Of a stretch of DNA of 32,000 nt, positions 23,763 to 32,000 are shown one piece after another. Source of the stretch: Candidatus Electronema aureum (GTDB lineage: Bacteria; Desulfobacterota; Desulfobulbia; Desulfobulbales; Desulfobulbaceae); assembly GCA_004284765.1 (NCBI GenBank), contig NQJD01000013.1, positions 1 through 32,000 of the forward strand. The letters are read 5' to 3'. Under the pieces are notes generated by a model. It had not been told where the DNA came from, did not search any database, and worked only from the letters and a program-made list of their open reading frames with translations. The position numbers and the translations under genes were made by a program. Numbering within the stretch: the first letter of the stretch is position 1; every line of letters starts with the position of its first letter.

Positions 23763-24902
23763 ATGAAGAAACAAAAAATCACATTGGCTGCTGCGGCCTT
23801 ATTGCTTGCTACCGCCACCGGTGCTGCGGCTTTAGAGGTTAAAACCGGTAGTGATAAAGTGAATGTCGAGCTGTACGGTCAGATCAACCGGGCGATTATG
23901 AATGTTGATGATGGCAATGAAAGCAAGGTCTTTCATGTGGATAACATCAACTCTAGCACCAGAGTTGGTTTAAACGGAAAGATTGAAGCTGCCGATTATC
24001 TAACCGTGGGCAGCCAGTTCGAAGTAGAATGGATGGCCAATCCTTCTGATAAGGTGTCAATGGAGGAAGAGAGCATTACCGGTAAGTTTGAAGAGCGGTT
24101 GATGGACATTTATCTTAATTTTAAGAATATCGGTAAATTCTCTGTCGGCAAAGGGAAAATGTCCTCTGATGACACATCCGAGGTTGATTTATCCGGTACG
24201 TTAGTAATCTCCAATTCGGATGTGGCCGATGTGGGCGGCGGCATCAAGTTTTATGATTCAGCAGCTCCGGTTTCTGTTCCGCCTGCCGAGGGCGAGGAAG
24301 TCGTGGACAAGCGACTGGCAGTAATCGATGTATTCAACAACATTGACGGTTTGAGTCGGAAAAATCGGGTGCGTTACGATACGCCTTCTTTTGCTGGTTT
24401 CGGATTAACCGCAGCTGTGGGTGAAAAAGATGTTGCTGACATCGCCTTGACTTATTCCGGCGAATTGAATGGAACTAAGCTCAAAGCAGCTGTGGCGTAT
24501 TCTGATCCGAATAAAAATTACACGCAGATCAATGGTTCGGCCTCAGCCCTGTTTCCTTTTGGTTTCAGTTTAACCGCCGCCTCTGGTGTTCGCGACGTGG
24601 ACGATATGCCAGCTGGCAGTGATGATCCTGTTTTTACCTACGGTAAAGTCGGTTATCTCTGCAACGAGTTATTCCCGGTCGGTTCTTCAGCACTATCTGT
24701 TGATTATGGTGTGTACAAGAACATCAAACAGCAAAATCTCGGTCAAGAGGGAACAGCGATGGGTGTGCAGTTTGTTCAGCAGCTTGCTGACTGGAACTCC
24801 GAGCTATATGCGGCTTATCGCAATTTTGAGTTGGAAGATACTACCGAAGCAAACTACGAAAATATCAACATTGTAATGGGTGGCGCACGGTTTAAGTTCT
24901 AA
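23763..24902 (+). CDS. Outer-membrane porin, paralog 2
   Basis: Aligns with paralog 1 over its full length, at roughly 60% identity by eye. SD AGGAGAG. Signal peptide ...TGAAA. C-terminal ...ARFKF. Confidence 0.8.
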   Translation: MKKQKITLAAAALLLATATGAAALEVKTGSDKVNVELYGQINRAIMNVDDGNESKVFHVDNINSSTRVGLNGKIEAADYLTVGSQFEVEWMANPSDKVSMEEESITGKFEERLMDIYLNFKNIGKFSVGKGKMSSDDTSEVDLSGTLVISNSDVADVGGGIKFYDSAAPVSVPPAEGEEVVDKRLAVIDVFNNIDGLSRKNRVRYDTPSFAGFGLTAAVGEKDVADIALTYSGELNGTKLKAAVAYSDPNKNYTQINGSASALFPFGFSLTAASGVRDVDDMPAGSDDPVFTYGKVGYLCNELFPVGSSALSVDYGVYKNIKQQNLGQEGTAMGVQFVQQLADWNSELYAAYRNFELEDTTEANYENINIVMGGARFKF

Positions 24903-25003
24903 GCAGGTCGTTCCCTATTTTCCCACCTGTGCTGGAGATGCCGCTTGGTATCTTCAGCCGTTTTTCCTCGTTCGCCGCCCCCTTTTCTTTCCACACATCT
25001 CTA

Positions 25004-25705
25004 ATGGCAAAAGAAAAAATCCTGATAATTGAGGACGCGGAGGATATCCTTGAATTAGTCCGCTACAATTTAGCCAAAGAAGGCTATCAGGTGAGTTGCG
25101 CCATGTCCGGCGAAGAGGCCTTGAATGCGGTACGTCAGGCCACTTTTGATTTGATTTTGCTGGATATTATGCTACCAGGTTTAGACGGCTTGGAGGTCTG
25201 CCGACGGCTGCGGCGGAACATCGCCACAGCTCATGTCCCCATCATTATGCTCACTGCCAAAAGCGAAGAAACCGACATGGTGGTCGGCTTGGAGCTGGGC
25301 GCGGATGATTACATGACCAAGCCTTTTAGCCCGCGTGTGCTCACTGCCCGCATTCGGGCCGCGCTGCGCCGCTCGCAACAGGAAGGTCAGTTGGAAGAAA
25401 AAGCTGATATCTTCAGCTTCGGCGATTTGCAAATTGACTGCTCACGTCACGAAGTTTCGGTCAAAGGCGAGTTAGTGCGCCTAACCGCCACTGAGTTTGG
25501 CATTTTGCTTTGCCTAACCAAGCGACCTGGCTGGGTCTTTAGTCGTTATCAGATTGTTGAGGCGGTACGCGGCGAGGATTACAGCGTCACCGACCGAGCT
25601 GTGGATGTGCAAATTGTTGGCCTACGAAAAAAGCTCGGCGAGCTGGGTTGCTGCATTGAAACTGTGCGCGGGGTTGGCTATCGTTTTAATGCTCAAACCG
25701 GGTGA
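25004..25705 (+). CDS. OmpR/PhoB-family response regulator (receiver plus winged-helix)
   Basis: MAKEKILIIEDAEDI, LILLDIMLPGLDG, MLTAKSEE...GADDYMTKPF, and a C-terminal LTATEFGILL...VRGVGYRF. There is no histidine kinase gene in the window. Confidence 0.9.
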   Translation: MAKEKILIIEDAEDILELVRYNLAKEGYQVSCAMSGEEALNAVRQATFDLILLDIMLPGLDGLEVCRRLRRNIATAHVPIIMLTAKSEETDMVVGLELGADDYMTKPFSPRVLTARIRAALRRSQQEGQLEEKADIFSFGDLQIDCSRHEVSVKGELVRLTATEFGILLCLTKRPGWVFSRYQIVEAVRGEDYSVTDRAVDVQIVGLRKKLGELGCCIETVRGVGYRFNAQTG

Positions 25706-26604
25706 TCCAAGATTGCCAAGCCAAAGCCAGTTTTTCCATAACCATTACCGTTGTAAAGCATATATCTTTGCCCATCATGATCAAACACAAAGGGATATTC
25801 AATCATTTCAGAATCCCATCCGGTCAGAGATACATCTATACCAGATAAATGATCAAGTCTGTCCCAATGCTTACCATCAGTTGATTCTGCATAGCCAATT
25901 CGATAGGAATGCCCACGGAAAGAATACCACATTCGCCAGCGGTCTGTATCATGAATAACTGATGGACGAGATATTGCATATTCATGTTCAGTCGAATAAT
26001 CAATTGCAACAAGACCATCCCGCTGCCAGCTTATTCCATCATGAGATTCAGCATATTTTATATGATATTTATGTTCTGGCTTTCCATTGCGTATCTGCCA
26101 GCCTGTACAGGACAAATACCACATTTTCCAAATATTTTCTTCATGGATAACACAGCAGCTGGCGCAAAAATGAGGCTCTCGTACAGAGCGGTCAAGAATT
26201 GGGCCGTTGGAATATCTCTTAAATATTTTTCCATCTGTACTAATTGATAATCCTATTGAGTTCCGAAATGGGACGGTTACACCAAGATTCCACCCTATAT
26301 AATAAAAATATTTTTCATCACCTTGCTGTGTAAGCCAAGTTGCCATTGCGCCGCTATCATCAAATTCTCCCATTTCTCCTGGTGATAAAACTGGTTCAGA
26401 AGACAAATCAACGATTTGATCAGGACGAGTGATGTCAATCACTACATAACCGGTAAAGCTTCTGTTTAAATTGTCTCTGGTGCTGAAATAAATTTTGAAT
26501 AATCTATCTTCCACATTTTCAGCAACAGGAACGGCAGCATGTGACCTCATCCACTCAATATTACCTGACGGACAAAAAACATGGCCAAGTTTTTTCCATT
26601 TCAT
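25693..26604 (-). CDS. Five-bladed beta-propeller glycosidase-like protein (GH43/GH130/DUF377-like)
   Basis: Repeated W/Y-rich blades (WKMWYLS, WRMWYSF, RYMLYNGNGYG) are typical of this superfamily. AT-rich. The 3' end overlaps the regulator gene by 13 bp. Confidence 0.5.
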   Translation of the reverse strand: MKWKKLGHVFCPSGNIEWMRSHAAVPVAENVEDRLFKIYFSTRDNLNRSFTGYVVIDITRPDQIVDLSSEPVLSPGEMGEFDDSGAMATWLTQQGDEKYFYYIGWNLGVTVPFRNSIGLSISTDGKIFKRYSNGPILDRSVREPHFCASCCVIHEENIWKMWYLSCTGWQIRNGKPEHKYHIKYAESHDGISWQRDGLVAIDYSTEHEYAISRPSVIHDTDRWRMWYSFRGHSYRIGYAESTDGKHWDRLDHLSGIDVSLTGWDSEMIEYPFVFDHDGQRYMLYNGNGYGKTGFGLAILDHPV

Positions 26605-26611
26605 GGTATGT

Positions 26612-27277
26612 TTATATTTTTCTCAATCTCGTACTCGGTACTTTTGAACGTTCAGTTGCTGTACTAATATATACACCTTCTGGTTCTGTATCAGCCAAGA
26701 GGAGCGCGTTAGCCCCAATGACGCATCTATCTCCTACTTTGATGTGATCACGTAATGTTGCATTTACACCAATAAAACATTGTTCGCCAATTTCAACACC
26801 TCCAGAAATAACCACATGAGATGATATAAAATTATGATCCTTTATTACCGAGTGATGACCAATATGATTTCCGCTCCAGATAGTCACGTTGTTGCCGATA
26901 GTGACAAAAGGCTGAATAGTATTGTCTTCTAATATAAAACAATTTTCTCCGATCATCCCCTGATTAAGAACTGTGGCTTTAGGGCTAATAAAATTAGCAA
27001 ATTGATATCCTAACAATTTTGCTTTGATATATTTTTCTTTCCTTACAGCATTAAGTTTTGAATAACTTAATGCCACAAAAAAAGCGTGATCTGTCGGAGG
27101 ATAGAACCTCAATACATCTTCAAACGCAACAACAGGAAGATCGCAAAATTTGTGTTCTTTTATATATTCTGCATCAACTACAAAAGCTACAGTTTGGCAT
27201 TCTGAATCAGTGCTGAAATAAAAATGAGCAATCTGGGCAATGTCTCCTGTGCCAAAAATAACAAGTTTTTTTTTCAT
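26612..27277 (-). CDS. NeuD/PglD-family sugar acyltransferase (left-handed beta-helix)
   Basis: MKKKLVIFGTGDIAQIAHFY Rossmann-like N-domain plus hexapeptide repeats (IGENCFI, IGNNVTI, IGEQCFIGVNATL, VGDRCVIGANA). The ATG overlaps the upstream stop (ATGA). Confidence 0.8.
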   Translation of the reverse strand: MKKKLVIFGTGDIAQIAHFYFSTDSECQTVAFVVDAEYIKEHKFCDLPVVAFEDVLRFYPPTDHAFFVALSYSKLNAVRKEKYIKAKLLGYQFANFISPKATVLNQGMIGENCFILEDNTIQPFVTIGNNVTIWSGNHIGHHSVIKDHNFISSHVVISGGVEIGEQCFIGVNATLRDHIKVGDRCVIGANALLLADTEPEGVYISTATERSKVPSTRLRKI

Positions 27278-27909
27278 AGTATTTTTTTCACAATAATTGT
27301 AAATTCGTAAAGACCGTAATCGTGTAACAAGGATACATTTTTTGAGTATAATCTCTTGCAACGATCAAACAGTACACAAGGATCAGCGTAATAAAGATAA
27401 TCACGTTTTTTATCAGTATCAGAATATGATGTTAAGCAATTAAAGGCGAATCCAACGCGACTCGTTCGATGCAGGTCGTCTAAAACAGAATGAATGTAGT
27501 CGCTCCATTCAGCATTCGTCTTTTCAAGACGGACATTAAAAATACCACTTGCCATTCCATAATCGGCATTTTGGTCAGGATGAGACGAGATAACAAACCT
27601 TACTTGCGATCCGCGCTGACAATGCCGCGTTGCGGCTTGAATCATCTCACGAGATACATCAATTCCAATATATAAAAATTCCTGATATCTACTTAGGAGG
27701 AAATGGTAAAATGCCCCATAGCCGCAACCAAGGTCATTCAAAGAAAAATTTGAATCTGTAACAATAAGTTTACAAAGTTGTTCAAAGCGGATCGTTTGAC
27801 TTTCGTGTCCATTCCAATCGACACCTTGAGGCGTCTGTCCATGCTGCGCAAGTTTTTCTGCGTAATAAGCAGCAACATCATTAAGAAGATCAACTTTCTT
27901 TTCTTGCAT
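27274..27909 (-). CDS. Class I SAM-dependent methyltransferase
   Basis: Motif I LNDLGCGYGAF. Start taken at ATG 27909 ([11 protein letters not shown]), a 20-nt overlap with the GT2 gene; ATG 27978 is an alternative. Confidence 0.75.
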   Translation of the reverse strand: MQEKKVDLLNDVAAYYAEKLAQHGQTPQGVDWNGHESQTIRFEQLCKLIVTDSNFSLNDLGCGYGAFYHFLLSRYQEFLYIGIDVSREMIQAATRHCQRGSQVRFVISSHPDQNADYGMASGIFNVRLEKTNAEWSDYIHSVLDDLHRTSRVGFAFNCLTSYSDTDKKRDYLYYADPCVLFDRCKRLYSKNVSLLHDYGLYEFTIIVKKIL

Positions 27910-28819
27910 AAATTTCTCGCACGATGGTATAAGGCCGCTGCTTCGTTTCCGAAAAAATTTTTGAAAGGTAAATACCAATCACGCCAACAAAGGAAATTAT
28001 CATGCCACCAAGCAACCATATTGAAGCCATGATCGATGTCCATCCGCTCAACGGTTTAGCAAGAAATGCCAAATGCACAAGCAACCAAGTAATATAGCTT
28101 ACAGCAAGAAAAGAAATAATAATTCCAATGTAAAAAATGATAATCAATGGAGCATTACTGAATGAAGTTACTGAGTTGACCAATAAAGCCATTTTTCTAC
28201 GTAAAGTATATGTTGTTGCACTCTCACTGTACTTTTTTATAAAATGAGGTTGTTGATTAAAACCAGTGATTTGCCAGAGGCCTGCTATTAAAATTTCTCT
28301 TTCTTTATGGAGTAATAAAGAATCAACGTAACGTCGTGTCATTAATCGTGCTGTAACGGCATTTTCAGGCAAAGAGAGTCCTGTTAGGATGTTAAATAAA
28401 CTATAGAATAAACTTCCGCTCCAACGCTCAAACCATCCCCCTTTGCGCTGTTCTTGAACCCCATAAATCACATCGCAGCAATCTCTTTGCATCTGCATGG
28501 AAAAGCTGATTAGATATTCTGGCTCTTCTTCAAGATCACTGTCGATTAAAAAAATTTGTTCCCCTTTAGCATAGGAAAGTCCTGTCATCATCGCTTTGTG
28601 ATGGCCAAAATTACGAGAAAGATCAACGAGAATAACGTGATGATCACGCACGGTAAGTTCTATGGCCAGCTCAAGACTCTTATCAGGCGAGCCGTCATTG
28701 ACGAAAATAATTTCATATTCTTCGTCAACGATCTGGCGGGCCACTGCACTTGCCCGTTCATGGAATTCTTGAATATACGGGGCAGATTGATAGAGAGTTG
28801 TGACAATAGAAAGCTTCAT
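27890..28819 (-). CDS. Family 2 glycosyltransferase with C-terminal TM helices (polyprenyl-phosphate glycosyltransferase-like, GtrB/ArnC type)
   Basis: [33 protein letters not shown] (DxD-like), and two C-terminal hydrophobic helices. ATGA overlap with the wbqC-like gene. Confidence 0.85.
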   Translation of the reverse strand: MKLSIVTTLYQSAPYIQEFHERASAVARQIVDEEYEIIFVNDGSPDKSLELAIELTVRDHHVILVDLSRNFGHHKAMMTGLSYAKGEQIFLIDSDLEEEPEYLISFSMQMQRDCCDVIYGVQEQRKGGWFERWSGSLFYSLFNILTGLSLPENAVTARLMTRRYVDSLLLHKEREILIAGLWQITGFNQQPHFIKKYSESATTYTLRRKMALLVNSVTSFSNAPLIIIFYIGIIISFLAVSYITWLLVHLAFLAKPLSGWTSIMASIWLLGGMIISFVGVIGIYLSKIFSETKQRPYTIVREIYARKES

Positions 28820-29511
28820 GGAAGAATATGTTTCATATAATGACATGCTTCTTTGCCACAATTAAACAAAAGATCAAGAATCGTTACGCCATGCTTGAAA
28901 TTTCCCCAAAGTTGTGTATATTCAGGGTAGCCTGCATAATCAAACCATGTCAATTTGATGTTCATATCACGGAACACCTGTTCTTCGATATAATTTTTAG
29001 CAGCTGGGCCTGAAATATATTCAGTGCCGCCTGCCTGCACACAAAGATCAGCTAACCGTTCAGTTTTACTGTTGATCAAATTGTAATCACTTGAATGAGT
29101 GATAGCAGTTTTGATCCCCAAGTAATGACAAATAGCTTTAATAAATTTTCGATTAAGTTCGGATAGACCACTATATGACTCGCCAAGATACAGCGGCTCA
29201 AGCCATTCAGCAATTTCGCTAAAATGTTCTGCCCGACGATAGTTCATCATTAATTTTTTCCAATGATCTACAGCCCAGTCAGTTCCATCAATTTCAGTTT
29301 CATTTATTTTCTGATAAAATTTACCTTTTACTATAACTGGAACTGTCATCCATTGGACACCTTGTGGTGTTTTAATTTGATTTCTATTTCGCCAGTCTCT
29401 TCGGGTAAACTGCATGTCGTCATAAAGAATAAATTCATCAACAGCGGCAATTATATCAAAGTAGCCCTTCCAAGGAATATAATTTGATTGAATAATAGCT
29501 ATTTTTTTCAT
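28816..29511 (-). CDS. WbqC-family protein
   Basis: [21 protein letters not shown]...[21 protein letters not shown]...WMTVPV is the characteristic WbqC N-terminus. Confidence 0.8.
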   Translation of the reverse strand: MKKIAIIQSNYIPWKGYFDIIAAVDEFILYDDMQFTRRDWRNRNQIKTPQGVQWMTVPVIVKGKFYQKINETEIDGTDWAVDHWKKLMMNYRRAEHFSEIAEWLEPLYLGESYSGLSELNRKFIKAICHYLGIKTAITHSSDYNLINSKTERLADLCVQAGGTEYISGPAAKNYIEEQVFRDMNIKLTWFDYAGYPEYTQLWGNFKHGVTILDLLFNCGKEACHYMKHILP

Positions 29512-29666
29512 ATATTTTTTGTTGCAACGCATCGTATATGATACCGATACTGTTTGTGATAAAGTAGCTCACGTCGCGAATATTCCTCTTCAGTCCTTCT
29601 TGCGCTGTCAGCGACAGAATTGAGGGGTAAAATTACCATGTTTCCTTCTTTGCTCCCAGTAAATAA

Positions 29667-30479
29667 ATGAACCTTGCTATAAAAAACGCCTTAGTGCTGG
29701 GTGCGAGCCGAGGCATTGGCCGGGCAATTGCCCGCAGATTGACCGCTGAAGGAGCGCAACTGATCTTGCCTTGGTTTGATTGGCCTGAATCCGTGCAGGA
29801 AATGGAAGAGGAATTCAGCGGACACCTTACCTTGCAGGCTGATCTGCGTGATGCGGAGAGCGTGCAGGCAATGAGTCGGCGTATCGCGAACGAATACGGT
29901 ACGCTCCATGTCCTGATCAACAACATTGAGCGTGGCGGTATGCCGGTGGTTCATGGCAGCTATCGCCGCCCAGTCAATCGCGAGCAGTGGCAGCTGGAAC
30001 TCGACACTACGCTACACGCCAAGTGGTTGGTTTTTGATGCCTGCCTGCCCTTGCTGCGGCAGGCCAAGCAGGCGGCAGTGGTCAATATCTCCTCAGTGGC
30101 AGCGATCACCGGACGTTCTGGCCCAGCTGGTCTACTCTTCAGCGACGGCTATACTGCCGCAAATCGAGGTATCAGTTCGTTCACCGAAACGTGGGCGCGG
30201 ATAGCTGCGCCAAGCATTCGGGTCAACGAGCTGATGCTCGGCTTGATCGACAGCCGCCACGGGCCAAGCACTAAGGGATGGTCTTTATTAAAGGAAGCGG
30301 AACGAGAGGCACTGCTGCGGCACACTCTGCTGGGGCGCACTGGTAGCCCAGAAGAGGTAGCGGAAGCCGCGCTTTTTCTGCTGAGGGCAGATTATATGAC
30401 CGGCGCGACGCTTCGGTTAGATGGCGGCTTTGTCTTGGGTGGGGAAAAGGTGCCAGAGATGCCGGACGGGGTAATCTGA
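29667..30479 (+). CDS. Short-chain dehydrogenase/reductase (SDR) family protein
   Basis: LVLGASRGIGRAIARRL (TGxxxGIG-type), NNIERGG and NISSVAA. The active-site region reads YTAANRG rather than YxxxK. Confidence 0.85.
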   Translation: MNLAIKNALVLGASRGIGRAIARRLTAEGAQLILPWFDWPESVQEMEEEFSGHLTLQADLRDAESVQAMSRRIANEYGTLHVLINNIERGGMPVVHGSYRRPVNREQWQLELDTTLHAKWLVFDACLPLLRQAKQAAVVNISSVAAITGRSGPAGLLFSDGYTAANRGISSFTETWARIAAPSIRVNELMLGLIDSRHGPSTKGWSLLKEAEREALLRHTLLGRTGSPEEVAEAALFLLRADYMTGATLRLDGGFVLGGEKVPEMPDGVI

Positions 30480-30482
30480 GGC

Positions 30483-31925
30483 TCAGACAAAGTCGATGCT
30501 CACTGGGCAGTGGTCGGAGCCGTGGATATCATCGTGAATTTCGGCGGCCCGGACTCGGTTTCGGCTGCGTTCGTCCACGACGAAATAATCGATCCGCCAG
30601 CCCACATTGCGCTGCCGAGCAGCGGTGCGGTAGCTCCACCAGCTGTAGCGTTCCGGCTCGGCATGAAAGAGGCGGAAGGTATCGAGATAGCCTGCTTGGA
30701 CTAACTCATCCATCCAAGCTCGCTCCTCAGGAGAGAAGCCGGGACTCTGCACATTTGCTTTGGGATTGGCAAGATCGATTTCCTTGTGCGCTACATTCAA
30801 ATCGCCGCACAGCAGCACTGACTTTTCCACTGCCAACTGGTTCAAATGATCCAGCATCGCTCGGTTGAATGCCTGCTTAAAGGCCAAGCGTTTCAGGCCG
30901 TCTTGGGTATTAGGAAAATAGGCGGCGACTAAGTAAAAATCAGCAAATTCAAGGGTCAGCACCCGGCCTTCGCAGTCGAATTCTTCATGTCCCAAGCCGT
31001 AACGCACCCGCAACGGTTCTTTGCGGCTGAATACCGCCACTCCAGAGTAACCCTTTTTCTTAGCCGGATGCCACCAGACCTGATAGCCGGGGATGCTCCG
31101 GGCGGCTTCGGGCAATTGCTCTGGCAGGGCTTTGATCTCCTGCAAAGCAATGATGTCGGCGTTCAGCTTACTCATGCTATCAAGAAAGCCTTTGTCCATC
31201 ACCGCCCGCAACCCGTTGACATTCCAAGATACCAAGCGCAGGACTGGGCATGGAAACTGCTCCTTGCCTGCCGTCTTGCGCGGCTGTACACCGAGCTGCG
31301 GACAATAGGCAGCAATCACGCAGCGGTTGCAGTGCGGAGCGCGAGGTTTACAAGTGCCTTGGCCGAACGCCACCAGCAAAGAGTTAATGCGGAGCCAGTG
31401 CTGCTGCGGCAGTTTGGCCCGCAGAGCGGTCTCGGTCTCTGCGGGACTGCGGGTCTGCACATAGCCCCAGATGTTCATGATCCGATGTACGTGGGTGTCA
31501 ACGCAGATAGCAGGCTTGCTGAACGCCACCGCCATGACTAAGTTGGCGGTTTTACGACCTACGCCCGGTAGCCGGAGCAGTTCCTCGATGGTCTCTGGCA
31601 CCTGCCCAGCAAAGTCACGGCGGAGAACTTCAGGCAATGCGGCAAGGTAGCGGGCTTTACTGCGAAAGAAGCCCACGGGATAGATCAGCTTTTCCAATTC
31701 CGCAACTGAAAGTCGGGCAAGAGCCTCAGCGTTTTCTGCCTGAGCAAAGAGCCGCCGAGCTGCCCCCGCCGTGACTTCGTCTTTAGTGCGAGCGGAAAGA
31801 ATGGTTGCGGTCAAGACTTTGAAGGGGTCGTTCGTCTGGGCGGCAATCAAGTCAACCACCGGCACTTGGTATCCAGCAATCTCCTTGTTTAGCAGGGCAA
31901 CAACAGTATCGATGGGAAAAGTCAT
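30483..31925 (-). CDS. Fusion protein: endonuclease III (Nth, HhH-GPD plus 4Fe-4S) and exodeoxyribonuclease III (Xth/EEP AP endonuclease)
   Basis: The N-terminal half has LPGVGRKTANLV, VDTHVHR and CKPRAPHCNRCVIAAYC (C-x6-C-x2-C-x5-C). The C-terminal half has LRLVSWNVNGLRA, ALQEIK, GDLNVAH, WRIDY and SDHCPV. It is one 480-aa ORF. Confidence 0.9.
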   Translation of the reverse strand: MTFPIDTVVALLNKEIAGYQVPVVDLIAAQTNDPFKVLTATILSARTKDEVTAGAARRLFAQAENAEALARLSVAELEKLIYPVGFFRSKARYLAALPEVLRRDFAGQVPETIEELLRLPGVGRKTANLVMAVAFSKPAICVDTHVHRIMNIWGYVQTRSPAETETALRAKLPQQHWLRINSLLVAFGQGTCKPRAPHCNRCVIAAYCPQLGVQPRKTAGKEQFPCPVLRLVSWNVNGLRAVMDKGFLDSMSKLNADIIALQEIKALPEQLPEAARSIPGYQVWWHPAKKKGYSGVAVFSRKEPLRVRYGLGHEEFDCEGRVLTLEFADFYLVAAYFPNTQDGLKRLAFKQAFNRAMLDHLNQLAVEKSVLLCGDLNVAHKEIDLANPKANVQSPGFSPEERAWMDELVQAGYLDTFRLFHAEPERYSWWSYRTAARQRNVGWRIDYFVVDERSRNRVRAAEIHDDIHGSDHCPVSIDFV

Positions 31926-32000
31926 GGTTCGCGCTTATCAAACACTCAAATGGAAACCGCTTTAGATCGTCTCCGCAAGAGTCGTAATGCGTACTGACTG

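Overview
This 32-kb chromosomal window comes from a diderm (Gram-negative) bacterium; it carries porins, an OmpA-domain protein, an RND pump and LPS-type sugar genes. I cannot fix the taxon from sequence alone. By eye the backbone is GC-rich (mid-50s %). Four AT-richer patches look accessory: 1-1730, 10392-10965, 18916-19809 (milder) and 25693-29640. Left to right the window contains: (1) the tail of an IS transposase abutting a truncated gene, then a TM-protein gene split by a perfect 47-bp tandem duplication; (2) an RND permease with no adaptor gene, a DUF1566 protein, a DD-carboxypeptidase and a large secreted or anchored hypothetical protein; (3) rdgB, a small AT-rich islet holding a SLOG/LOG-like gene with an in-frame TAA, and a translationally coupled coaX-ldcA-membrane protein operon; (4) a TM plus coiled-coil plus 7x TPR protein whose last 67 bp are repeated 736 bp downstream, bracketing a BrnT/BrnA toxin-antitoxin pair; (5) an operon of a PhnD-like binding protein and a leaderless molybdopterin oxidoreductase fused in frame to a TorD-type chaperone domain; (6) a PstS-OmpA fusion, a two-gene operon of small Cys-rich proteins (the second with a two-CW-type domain), two tandem paralogous porins and an orphan OmpR/PhoB-type response regulator; (7) an AT-rich five-gene sugar-modification cassette (WbqC, GT2, methyltransferase, NeuD/PglD-type acyltransferase, beta-propeller glycosidase-like); (8) an SDR and an endonuclease III-exonuclease III fusion. 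I recognised no rRNA, tRNA or CRISPR array. The best novelty candidates are the PhnD-like plus TorD-fused Mo-enzyme operon, the Cys-rich/two-CW operon with its surrounding envelope genes, the repeat-bracketed TA cassette and the frameshifting 47-bp duplication. All family assignments rest on motif recognition by eye, not on searches.
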